From NCBI GenBank assembly GCA_026025795.1, contig JAPEUG010000032.1:1-64000 (forward strand): a stretch of 64,000 nucleotides of DNA. The letters run 5' to 3'. The stretch is from Thelocarpon superellum (Eukaryota). The position numbers and the translations under genes are program-made. A model generated the notes under the pieces. The model saw only the letters and a program-made list of their open reading frames with translations, was not told the DNA's origin and searched no databases. Positions 37,647 to 50,100 of the stretch are shown piece by piece; the first letter of the stretch is position 1; each line of letters starts with the position of its first letter.

Positions 37647-38917
37647 GAGCGGCACCTCGCAGGAAAGGGGAACGGGTTCAGTGGCTATGCTGTGCCGCGC
37701 GGCCAGGATGCGGGAGCGAAGAGGAGCGACACTGAGCGAGACTGAGGCGGGAGCCGATGCAATGGAATGTGAATGTGGCGAGCTTCTCCGACAACTTCTT
37801 CCGGTGTATTTTAGATAGCCACGAGATCATCATGATTTGCTCTCTTTAGGTGCCTGACGTGCCTGAGCCGAAAGGCGGTGGACGGCCACGGTCGGCTCAT
37901 CAGCACTATCCCACTCCGCAAACGTCAGACGAACAGCGATGACCGGCGAAATATAATGGTGGGGGAAAGCTCGCCCGAAATCATTGGCTGACTAAGGCTC
38001 CGCTTACGGCGGGCTGTGGGTCGAAAGGGCAAGATGAGGGCGGGGTGGAGCCGTTGCACCCGACGTTAGGTTCTGGAATTTTTACCTTGGTACAAATGCG
38101 GTCTCTGGACGACGCGGATCCCTTCTGGCTGTTCGTCCAGCGATTGGTAGGACTACGAGCTGTAGGGATCCGTACGTGCAGGGCGTCACTCATGATGCTA
38201 CCTCCCACGCCGAATTGTCCGCCCGGATGTTGCACAAGCGCTCGTGCCTGTACTCATCTTTGCTCTCGGCGCTGTACTCGTAGGCTTACACCGTTGATCA
38301 GAGAATGAAGCCACGACCCAGCCAAGAGGCTTGGCCGGGTCGTGGATTTCAAGCAGACCGTATACAAACATGGCCAGAGGGGGACTCTTGCGATGTCCCA
38401 TATTTGTAGATGTGATCCAATCGTCTGACTAACCTGAGCCGTTGTGGCTGATATCGGTCTTGGAGGTAGGGCTGACGTCGACGTGGGGTCGGTCCAAGGC
38501 GGACGGGGAGCGCGGCCAGCTCCTGATAGCGAAGCAAGGCGCCAACCTACCCGCAGCAGGTTCGCCCGACGCGAGAGTGAGGGGCTCAGCAACGTTGCGG
38601 GACCAAGTACTCGTACTCGTGCAGGTACGAGTATCGGTGCCGCTGCCGCTGCCGCCGTAGTCTCAACCAGCTCGACTACCACCGCTACTGAGACTGGAGG
38701 CCGACTGAACGGTCGTGGAGAGACTTCCTGCCATTGCTGCCTCAATCGAAATCCGCGCAACCCGTACGTCCTCCGGCCCGCTCCACTCCACCGGTCGAGC
38801 TCTCCGCCGACGCCACAGCTTCGGCATCCCTTGATTGCCCCTGACCGGCTGACACGCGTTCTCCAGCTCCCACGCGCGCCCGTCGCAGTACCGTCGTCTA
38901 CGGCGGCCGCCGATAAT

Positions 38918-41900
38918 ATGGCCAGCTCCCTCATGGCCAGCCATCAACGTGGCGCCGAGACGGCCATCGACGACGAACACGAGGCCGAGTCGGGCCAGGT
39001 TACTCAACGCCTGCGAGCCAATTCTTCTATCATGGAGATGAACAAGATCCTTGTCGCCAACCGGGGCGAGATTCCCATCCGCATCTTCCGTACCGCCCAT
39101 GAGCTCTCGCTCCAGACCGTGGCGGTGTACAGCTACGAGGACCGCCTGGGTATGCACCGGCAGAAAGCCGACGAGGCCTACGTCATTGGCAAACGCGGGC
39201 AGTATACCCCCGTCGGGGCCTACCTCGCCGGTGACGAGATCATCAGCATCGCCAAGCAACACGATGTGAACATGATCCATCCCGGTACGTGCCGGCCCAG
39301 AGCACTCCTCCGCGCGGCGACGCTGACCAGGTGACGCACAGGGTACGGCTTCCTCTCGGAGAACGCGGAATTTGCGCGCAAGGTGGAGAAGGCGGGCATG
39401 GTCTTCGTGGGACCTTCGCCCGACGTGATCGACGCCCTCGGCGACAAGGTCTCAGCCCGGAAGCTGGCGGTCAAATGCAACGTCCCCGTCGTCCCTGGTA
39501 CCCCCGGCCCCGTCGAGCGCTTCGAGGACGTCAAGAGCTTTACGGACGAGCACGGCTTCCCCATTATCATCAAGGCAGCCTTCGGGGGCGGCGGACGCGG
39601 CATGCGCGTGGTCCGCGAGCAACAGTCGCTCAAGGACTCGTTTGAGCGCGCCACCTCGGAGGCCAAGTCCGCCTTTGGTAACGGCACGGTCTTCGTCGAG
39701 CGGTTTCTGGACAAGCCCAAGCATATCGAGGTCCAGATCCTCGGCGACAATCTCGGCAACGTTGTCCATCTCTACGAGCGAGATTGCAGCGTTCAACGCC
39801 GACATCAGAAGGTCGTCGAGCTGGCCCCGGCCAAAGACCTACCCCAGCAAACCCGGAAGAGCCTGCTCGATGATGCCGTGAGGCTGGCCCGGTCGGTCAA
39901 CTACCGTAACGCGGGCACCGCCGAGTTCCTCGTCGACCAACACAATCGCTACTACTTCATCGAGATCAACCCGCGCATTCAGGTGGAGCACACCATCACC
40001 GAAGAGATCACCGGCATCGACATCGTCGCCGCCCAGATCCAGATCGCAGCCGGGGCGTCTCTGGAGCAGCTGGGCCTGACCCAGGATCGTATCTCCACCC
40101 GCGGCTTTGCCATCCAATGTCGCATCACGACCGAGGACCCGGAGAACCAGTTCTCGCCCGATACGGGTAAGATTGAGGTCTATCGCTCCGCCGGTGGCAA
40201 CGGAGTGCGTCTGGACGGAGGTAATGGCTTCGCCGGGGCCATCATCACGCCCCACTACGACTCCATGCTGGTCAAGTGTACCTGCCACGGCTCGACATAT
40301 GAGATTGTGCGGCGCAAGATGCTCCGGGCCTTGATTGAGTTCCGCATCCGGGGGGTCAAGCACAACATCCCCTTCCTCGTCTCGCTGCTGACGCACCAGA
40401 CCTTCATCGACGGAAACTGCTGGACCACCTTCATCGACGATACGCCGGCCCTCTTCTCCTTCATCGGGAGCCAGAATCGGGCGCAGAAGCTCTTGGCCTA
40501 CCTCGCCGACGTTGCTGTCAACGGTAGCCGGATCAAGGGTCAGATCGGCGAGCCAAAATTCCGCGGGGAGATCATCATGCCCGTGCTGCACGATGCCCAG
40601 GCTCACGAGATCGACGTGAGCCAACCGTGCAAGAAGGGATGGCGCAACATCCTGCTTGACGAGGGCCCGGCTGCTTTTGCAAAAGCGGTGCGCAAGAACC
40701 CGGGCTGCCTCTTGATGGACACCACCTGGCGCGACGCACATCAGTCCCTGCTCGCGACGCGAGTGCGTACCGTTGATCTGTTGAACATCGCCACGCGCAC
40801 CAGCTACGCATACAGCAATGCCTACAGCCTCGAGTGCTGGGGCGGCGCCACCTTTGACGTGGCGATGCGATTCTTGTACGAGGACCCGTGGGATCGGCTG
40901 CGCAAGATGCGCAAGCTGGTCCCCAACATCCCTTTTCAGATGCTACTGCGCGGGGCCAACGGGGTCGCCTACTCCTCGCTCCCGGACAACGCTATCGACC
41001 ATTTCTGCGAGCAGGCCAAGCGGAACGGCGTGGATATCTTCCGTGTGTTTGATGCGCTCAACGACGCGGACCAGCTCGAGGTCGGGGTCAAGGCGGTGCT
41101 GAAGGCCGGGGGCGTGGCGGAGGCGACGGTTTGCTACAGCGGCGACATGCTTAATCCGCACAAGAAGTACAACCTCGACTACTATATGGGCTTGGTCGAC
41201 CGGATCGTGCACATGGGCGCGCACGTGCTCGGGATCAAAGACATGGCTGGGGTGCTGAAGCCGCGGGCGGCGACCCTACTGGTGGGCACCATCCGCGCCA
41301 AGTACCCCGACCTGCCCATCCACGTGCACACGCACGACTCGGCCGGGACGGGGGTGGCGTCGATGGTGGCGTGCGCCGCGGCCGGGGCGGATGCGGTCGA
41401 CACGGCCACGGACAGCCTGTCTGGTATGACGTCGCAGCCAAGCGTGGGCGCGGTGCTGGCCTCGTTGGACGGCGGTCCACACGCCCCGGGTCTGGACGGG
41501 CCGCAAGTACGCGCCATCGACGCGTACTGGGCGCAGCTTCGCCTCTTGTACTCACCCTTCGAAGCCGGCCTCACCGGACCCGATCCCGAGGTGTACGAGC
41601 ACGAGATCCCGGGCGGGCAGCTGACGAACCTGATCTTCCAAGCGTCACAGCTCGGGCTGGGGGCGCAATGGGCGGAGACGAAGAAGGCGTACGAGCAAGC
41701 CAACGATCTCCTAGGCGACATCGTCAAGGTGACGCCGACATCCAAGGTAGTGGGCGATCTGGCGCAGTTCATGGTGTCGAACAAGCTCAGCTACGACGAC
41801 GTCCTGCGCCGTGCGCCCGAGCTCGACTTCCCCGGCTCGGTGCTGGAGTTCTTCGAGGGCCTCATGGGTCAGCCGTACGGCGGCTTTCCCGAGCCGCTGC

Positions 41901-42620
41901 GGTCGCAGGCCCTGCGCGGGCGTCGCAAGCTCAACCAGCGGCCGGGGCTTAGCCTACCGCCCATGGATCTGGCGCAGATCAAGCGCGAGCTGACGGAACG
42001 CTACGGCGGCGCGACGGAGTGTGACGTGGCCAGCTACGCCATGTACCCCAAGGTGTTTGAGGACTACAAGAAGTTCATCGCCAAGTACGGCGACCTCAGC
42101 GTGCTGCCGACCAAATATTTCCTGGCGCGGCCGGAGATCGGCGAGGAGTTCCACGTGGAGCTGCAGAAGGGCAAGGTGCTCATCCTCAAGCTCCTGGCCG
42201 TCGGACCGCTGTCGGAGCAGACGGGGCAACGTGAGGTCTTCTACGAGATGAACGGCGAGGTGCGCCAGGTGGCCGTAGACGACAGTCACGCCGCGGTGGA
42301 GAACGTCAGCCGGGCCAAGGCCGACCCGACCGACACGAGCCAGATTGGGGCGCCGATGTCGGGCGTGGTGGTGGAGGTGCGCATCCACGACGGCGGTGAC
42401 GTTAAGAAGGGCGATCCCATCGCCGTCTTGAGTGCGATGAAGATGGTATGCTCGATTCATGGTGGGATGATGTGACGCTCGCGCTCGATGCTAACACACA
42501 TGGCAGGAGATGGTACTCAGCGCGCCGCATTCCGGCGCAATTGGCAACCTGCAAGTCAAGGAGGGTGACTCGGTCGACAGTCAAGATCTGATCTGCAAGA
42601 TTGTGAAACCAGGATCTTGA
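38918..42620 (+). CDS. PYC1: Pyruvate carboxylase, 3 exons
   Basis: KILVANRGEIPIR, GGGGRGMR, RDCSVQRRHQK, DTTWRDAHQSL, HVHTHD, biotin-attachment motif AMKM|E, ending KIVKPGS*. Confidence 0.99.
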
Positions 42621-43763
42621 GGAGCGTAGCTCTGCAGTACGATGCTGGCGCGATAGACGAGCGATGCCTGGATCGATACGTCCATACCGTACCGTACAAG
42701 GTAGCTTGTTGCTCTGCACCTTATCCTCATCCCGCTGTTTGGGACCAAGCTCCAGTTTGGACCCGGACCCCTGCCATGCTCGTACTGTGCTTCGTACAAA
42801 AGCCGTCACTACTTAGTGCATTCTTCCGCAGGACGAACCGTTGACGTTTCCGTCCGACCGCTGCATAGCTTTTCGAGCCGAGCATGTGAGACCATTAACG
42901 ACGCTGACTAAGTCGCGATGGTCCAAAGTCTGGTCTTTGAACCAATCAGCGTCGAAGGAGAGCGGCTTGGACGTTTCGGCTCCTCCTATGGTACGTCATT
43001 AGAGCGTGCCCATACTGCTACTCGTTCCATTCGACGCTGAGTGCGGAACGCGGAGCACCCCGTCGCGTGCTCTCCACTGAGCGTAAGATACCCAAGCCTG
43101 AGCGCCTTGGAATGATGAGGAAGGGCTTGACTGATTACTAGGTCACCACTAGTGTAAGCACACAAGTATTACTCCCCTGCAAGGGTGGTACCGTCATTCT
43201 TCTTCCCGGCGCATCCTACCGTGCGTGACCGATCGCGAGCTTGGACCAAGTGAGGGGTTGATCGAGTGGAGGCGGCCGCCGTGGTGCTGGCCTAGATCGA
43301 GGTCGGTTTGCGAGCAACGAGTACTATCCACGAATAATGGAATTAGTAGCCGCAGGATGGCGGGGTCATTGAGTAGACCAGTACGGGGAAGGGAACGAGA
43401 GAGAGACGGGGGAGAGAGAACGAGAGTTATCGTATAGCTGGTGGTGCTCCCCGCTCCTACGGCAGTGGTGAAGTCATGCGATCGAGGTTTGGCGTAGCCA
43501 GGTGGAATGCAGCTGACATCACGACGAGTAGAAAAAGAGCTCGTACGAGAGTCTAAGCCGTGCTGAGCAGCCGGCTCGTCAGTCATGGTAGGCCGGGAGC
43601 GTCATTGAGTAGTACAAGAAGAGCTCCACGTCCGCCCCGTCTCCGCTGCTCGTGTAATCCTCTTTGGCAAAGATTAATCCTCCTCTTCCACGCCAAACTC
43701 TGATCCCGAACAAATTGAAAACACCATCAGTCCACGATATCGCTTCACCCCTCATACGGCACC

Positions 43764-44276
43764 ATGTCTGCCTCATCCAACAACCGTCTCCCGTCCGCGA
43801 CGCAAGGTGGAGCGGCCGAGACTAAGACGCCCGCGTCGGCTGACAATGCATGGGATGGGCTGACCGGACGGCGTCGGGTATCTCTTCCCTCTGCTTCACT
43901 CCGCCACTTCTGCGTCGCTCCGATTGGAGTCCTTGTCGGTACATGTCGCTGACACATGTTTCTTCCAAGTCCTCGGATGCCAGCGCAGGCAAGTTCGCTG
44001 GCTTGATGAACCAGAAGCGGAACTCGCAGGACGCGTCAGCCGCGGCGCGTAAGGCCAGCTTCGATGATATGAAGCCTAAGCCGGGGTTTCTTGGGCAGAT
44101 GTGGAATAAGTACTGCCCCCTCTGCCCCACTCTGGCCCAACTTCGCCGTCCTTCCCACTGCCTCTATCTCCTTCTCTTCGCCATCCGCCATATTGATGAG
44201 GAGTCGTCGCTGACATTCCCGCGTCGATAGTGTCATGAAGGGTCCCGTGACCGAGAGTGGCCCAGGTGCGAAGTAG
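43764..44276 (+). CDS. Small (~99 aa) hydrophilic protein of unknown function, 3 exons
   Basis: Introns 43878-43969 and 44110-44230 give ...GRRR|SSDASAGKFAGLMNQKRNSQDASAAARKASFDDMKPKPGFLGQMWN|NVMKGPVTESGPGAK*. Good start context caccATG. Confidence 0.8.
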
Positions 44277-44484
44277 GGAGGGGTGGGCCTGGAAGGAGAA
44301 GCTGTGACATTGAACAAAATGCAAAGGTGAGGAGCAAAGAGGCGTCAGAGGAGGTGTCAGATGCTGCCTTGATCAAGGATATCCTTATGTACGACTAGCA
44401 CCTTCAGGGAATGAATGAAAGCCATTTATAGCTTGATGTTTTCGAGATGGTATGGATGGAGTGACGGACAATTGGACAGACGGG

Positions 44485-46340
44485 TCATACGGCATTCTCT
44501 TCGTCTGCGGACTCGCCGTCTTCCTTCCCTTGTCCTTCCTCTTCTTGTTCATCCTCCGCTTCCAAACTATCGAGCTTATCCTTGGCTACATCCTTCTCTT
44601 CGTCCTCCACTTCATCGCTCCCGTGCTTTCCACCCGAAGCAAACGAGCCGCGAAGAGGAGGCAACATGACAAAGGCCGTCAGACACGTTATGCGATTTGC
44701 GGTGTGATAGACACCCAGTAAATCGCCAATGTCGAAGTCGGCACTGGTGTGTTTTGTCCCATCTCCCCGTTTCGTTTCTTCCTGTCTAGATCCTTCTTCA
44801 TGCCCCTCTCCAATTCCTCGTTCCATCCCCTGTTCTGAGCCCTGGTCCAGTTTGGCGAGGTCAAGCTTCCACAGTCGAATTGCGCCGTCGCTGCTTCCTG
44901 CGACGACAAGGAGCGCGGAAGTAGAGGCGGAAGTAGCGGTAGAAGTGGAAGCGGAGGTGGAAGACAAAGGGAGGGATAGGATCTGGAAGTCTTTGATTCG
45001 ACTCGTGGTCTCCTCTTGGTTGCTCGAAGAGAGTTGGCCTAGGAATTGACCTGCGGGAATACTTGACGCGGTTGACGGTTTAGTCTTGGGTGGGTCCGTA
45101 GGAGCGGTGCTGGGAATAGAAGTGCCAGGGGCGGCGGTGGCCGTGGTTGGTAGAGAATCGGACACAGGGTCTGTTGAGTAAAACAGTATTCGTCCGTCTT
45201 CGGTCGATATGGCGAGGATTGAAGATGTATTGGAAGAAAGGGGAGGCGAAGGAGGACGTTGGCCTGATGACGGTCGCCTTGGAAGGTAATGGATCTGATG
45301 CACCTTGGTGCCCGGCGAAGGCCGGATACGGCATCGAGGCTTGGAGTCCTACAAGACGACGCACGGGAGACCTGGTCAACATTCCAACATGTACGTGGTG
45401 GAGACTGGACGTAACGTACAAGACCAAAGACCACGACGCCGCGCTCAAAGGCGACGGCGAATTCCTCTCCCCGGTGGTCCCACTCCACCTTGCGGCCCTC
45501 GCCTGTTCCCCATTTTCCTTCGCCCACGCCGTGCAGAATCTCCCGCCCGAAGGTCAAGACGCCTGCCTTCTTCCCCGTCACGAGATTCCATAGCCGCATG
45601 CTCTTCTCACCCTTGCCAATGCTGAGCATCAGCTTCATGCTCGGGTGTACCGCAAAGTCGTTGACGCCGGCTGGGGCTCCACCCACGGGCGCCGTGTCCC
45701 CGCTCGGTCGACCGTACGCGACGGGCGTTGGCGCTTTGATGACAGATAACATGGTCCAGTCGCGGGTCCGCGTCACGGCAATGGTGTTGTCCTCAGCGGA
45801 CGAGAGGAGCTTGGACCGGGTGGGGAAGTGGAGGGCGGTGACGGATGACGCATGGTGAAGGAGTGAGCCCAGCTCCCGATTCTTCGGGTTCTCGGCGATG
45901 ACCTCTCCGCCCAAGCTGGGTAGTGCCACGCCGTCCGCAAGCCGGGACGGCGCTGCGGCCGAGAGATGGTAGAGATTGATCCGCTCGTCGTTGGCGCCGC
46001 TGGCAAGGATGATCTTTGGGGTTTGGTCCGGGTCGCTGGTCACCGAGGGCGGGGACAGCGCCAGACATCGAATGGCCGAGAGATGCGCTTGGAAGAGAAA
46101 TGTGTCGGCAAAAAGCAGCCGTGCTTTTGCTGGGGTTCGGTCTTTTGAAGCCTTGGAAAGGTCGGCGTTGGCACTATCTGGGATTGTCGCAATGATGCCG
46201 TGCAAGATACGCTCATAAGACCCCGTTACCACCTGGATGGTGACCGCGTCGTTGCATCCCGCGTTGTGCACCCCATTGACCTTCGAGCCGCTTGCTTCAA
46301 CAGGACACTGGCCGGTATCAACACGCTTCCGTTTCGCCAT
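44485..46340 (-). CDS. MAK11: 60S biogenesis WD40 protein Mak11 (PAK1IP1-like)
   Basis: MAKRKR, IQVVTGSYERILHG, FLFQAHLSAIRCLA, VNDFAVHPSMKLMLS, LWNLVTGKK, RIKDF, RITCL. One intron. Confidence 0.93.
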
Positions 46341-46708
46341 GGTGTGCGTGGACCGGGCCGAAGCCGGAAATATTCCTCCACTGCTCCAAATATTACATGT
46401 GCGTCCAACTTTCCTCAAGCTCCAGAACTTTTCCAAGTCTCTCGACTTCTACCACTGCTACTGACGACCAAGGCCGTGTCGCCAATCTGAAAGAAGACAA
46501 GCGTCGGATAAGCGACTGAGCCAAAGACGGCGGAGCGACGCAGGAGAACCCAGGACGCAAGACGCAGGTGGCCCGACGGAGTACAGGAGTCCTCCGTAGG
46601 ACTAAGGCCAACACCGTCGCCTCGCCGCCGCCGCCGGCCCCCGCTACAGCGTACCCTGCCCATACGGAGGAGCCAAAGCGAGAGCGAGAGCGAGAAAAGT
46701 CAAGGTAG

Positions 46709-46745
46709 TATCTGGCGTATCTGGCGTATCTGGCGCGGTCTGGCG
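46709..46745. repeat. (TATCTGGCG)3 plus one degenerate copy in the MAK11/EAF1 divergent promoter
   Basis: tatctggcg tatctggcg tatctggcg cggtctggcg. Confidence 0.85.
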
Positions 46746-47109
46746 TGTGTGGGTGCGCGCTCGCGTTCGTTTGGCAAAGGACCGGGCACCCTAGGGAGTC
46801 CCCCAGTTCCCCCTACCCCCCCCCCACCCACACATCCCCCCCGGAGAGGACCGGCCCCCGTCGCTCACCTACTCGTCCGTACGCCAGTACTCCGTACAGT
46901 CGTCGCTGCCTGTCCGCACCACTCGAATTGCGCCGAGGGTGAACGGGCAACGTCCGGACGAGTGTCTGGCCTACTTTGACCATCAAGAACGCCGCCACGC
47001 CATCCTTTTCATCAAATCCACGCGAATTTTTCGCTGCTGCTCATCCTACTCCATCCATCGCCCTCATTTTGCCGCGAAAGACGGATGTTGTCCCGTCGCA
47101 TTCTGCCAC

Positions 47110-50100
47110 ATGACGCTCGACGTCGTCCGGGAGGGGATCTTGCGATCGAAACGGGACGAGCTCTCGTAAGTCAACCACGTTTTCATGCCCACCGATTGAA
47201 AGAACTTTTTTGGGCGAAAAGAATGAATCGCTGATCGTTGCCATCGGCCCCATGGCCGTGTTGTGGTGTCGCTTTAGATCCTCTGTCGTCTCGCGGAAGC
47301 GCAAGTTGCGTGAGCTGTACGCGGTCGCATGTTCTACCGACCCTATCCCAACCCATCCGGGTCTTGCCCATCCCGCCGCATTCGACCACGGCGAATCCCA
47401 ATTTTTAGAGTCCAATGATCTTCTCCAGTAAGTTATATGATGCTCTTTGATCCTCATACACCTGCGACCGCAATTTATTGACGTATGTCCCGCCGTAGGG
47501 GTCGCCTTTTCGACGATGCCACGCTTCCACCGCGCCCGCATTTCGTGTTAAACGTCTCCCCACGGTCGCAGCCAGTGCCGCATGTGTCGCAGGCCCCCGG
47601 AGATGCGTCGGTGTCGCGCCGACCAGCGGACAAGTCGTTGGTCGACGGGAAACGGGCGGTGGAGGCCTCAAGATCCAACCGTGTCGTCGAAAGAACGCCG
47701 GACCCGGTGAGCCGAAGTACGCCTCCACTGGACACGCCGAGACGGAGCGGACGATCGAGTCGTACCTCTCATGCACCCGCCACCGAAGACCCGGGCCTGG
47801 CAACGTCCCAGGCGCCAACAATCACTGAGGAGTCCCAGGCCGCATTGGACATCACCCTCGAGGCGAACGAGGAGGGCTTGGCGGAGGAGAATGTCGAGAA
47901 GACCGAGGCCAGTGAGCGACGCCGGATAGAGAGAGTGGTGGCCAGTCCTCCAGGGAGTCCTGGAGCGAATCCGACAACACTGGAGCGCCGGCTGGCCGAC
48001 GGGGTTGCCTTCACTGAACTGCCACCTCCCATCCAAAGCGATGACCAGCCTGTGGATCATGGCCATGCTCCCAGAACTGCACACCTATTGTCCAAGGTAC
48101 ACCAGACACGGCCGCTCCGTGAAGTCGGTCAGCCGAGCCAAGATGCGTCTGGAACAGATCCCGCGTTGCTCAAGCAGCAGCGGCTCGTGCGGGCAGAGGT
48201 GGATGCCGCCGGTCGACTCTCGACATATCAACACCAGGGGGACTTGCAAGGCCGTCGACGAGGAGTCTCATCCGCCAGCTCGGCCGCCCTGTCCGAGAAA
48301 GGTGATGGGCTGCAAGCTGCCTCTGGCGTGGACTCAGGGGGTGACCCGGTTTCCTCGCCTTCCTCCACCGCCGGGCCGTATTCCTGCCACACCCCTGGAA
48401 TCAACACTGCCTCTACCGATACCAGTCCGGACCAAGAGGCCTCCTTTGATGAGACCAGTGGCTTGGACGCCAAGGTCCCACCGGAATTAAGGTCCAATGA
48501 CGACATCGTTGCGTCCAAGGCCAAAACGCTCGATGCGGATGAGCCGATGCCCGATGCGCCCGTCGATCCCGACCCAGAGCAGACGCAAATCAGCTCACAT
48601 CTTGCAACAAACGGGATGCTCAAGCCGCCTCTGAAGCAGGTTCCTGGGCCAACAGCGAGCGCCAACCACGGACTGAAGCATCGCCTTAACGGTGTGGTCA
48701 AGCATGAGGAAGGTGCGACTGGCGTCCCCAGTCAGGGCGAGACGACGCCGGCCACCAAGCGGGTTGGAACGGATGCAACGGCCACGGCAAGGTCACGACC
48801 CGTGAACGGGACGACCCTTGAGCCTCTTAAAGCCGCCGTATCTTTCAACGAGGAAAACATCTCGGCGCTCACGAAGCAGCCTGAGGAGAGCCACGGTCTG
48901 CGCACGAGGCGGAGCCCGGAGCACTTGCCACCTGCGCCTACGCCAGCACGATCGACCGCTCCGGCCAAAGAGGTTCCACGGAAAGATGGCATTGCCGACG
49001 AAGCTCTCCGGTTGGCGACGACTCCGACGAGAGGTCCGTCCGTGCCGCCCCCACTGAGCTCGCCACCGGAACGAATGACGACGAGGGTGTCATCAGGCGC
49101 GATGCGGCACAAATCTGTCTCGGAGATCCTGGGAGAGACGCCGAAGCCCAACACATCGATGCCCGCGGATCGGCCCACATCGCACCCCACCGCGCTCGAC
49201 TCATCGCCCGTCGATTCACTCCCTGGCGCCTTCAGTCCCGCGCTCAGCGAAGCGGCACCCAAGTCGCCCTCATCGCGCGGACGAGAGCGGGAGCAGGAAC
49301 GAAGGGACAACGATCGCAGCAAGCTCTCGACGGTCCTTTTTGCGCGACGACAACCCGTCCGGCGACCGGGTGGACTGAAACTGGTGGCGCCAAGCCCCTA
49401 TCGCCCCAGTCAGCCGGCACGTGCCGAGCAGCAAGATTATCTTCTCCCATTGTTCACTGCGCAAGCCTCATCTCCACCTCGGTCGCAATCCCTGACCGTC
49501 CTACTCAGCGCGGCGCATAAAACGCTGACGACGTCGCATCATTACGTCAATTTCCATGAACAGCAAGACGGCCTCATCTTGAAACGAATATATCAGCTGC
49601 AGTACGCCAACAAGTGGTCCTTGCGACAGATGGAGCGATCGCTCGAGCCTGACCGGCCCGCGACTCACTGGGATGTCATGTTGGACCACATGAAGTGGAT
49701 GCGCGCCGACTTCCGCGAGGAGCGAAAGTGGAAAGTGGCCGTGGCCCAGCAGCTGGCGACCTGGTGTGCCGCGTGGGTCGCTGGTAGTCTCGACGAGCGA
49801 CGTGCCTTGCAGCGTCGGACGTGTGTTCCCCCGGTCGAGGCGCGTGCGTCCGCTAAGGGTGAGGTCGAGCTTGATACCTTGGCCACTCCTGAGCTCATCT
49901 CGTCCGCCCAAGACGATTCGCCGAGTGACGAGATGGATGAGGACCTTGCACCCCCAGACCTGGACCATCCCGCACCCGCCGCCCTCTTCTCGCTCGGCGC
50001 CGACAAATTTGCGTTTGCCTTCCAGAAAACGCAGGCCAGCGAGGACCTGCTGCAAGAGCTACCGCTCTACGAGGCCCAGCGAGAGGTGCCCTCATCCGAC

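Noticed and set aside
43112..43135. ATGATGA box-C-like motif
   Set aside because: No suitably spaced terminal box D or stem.
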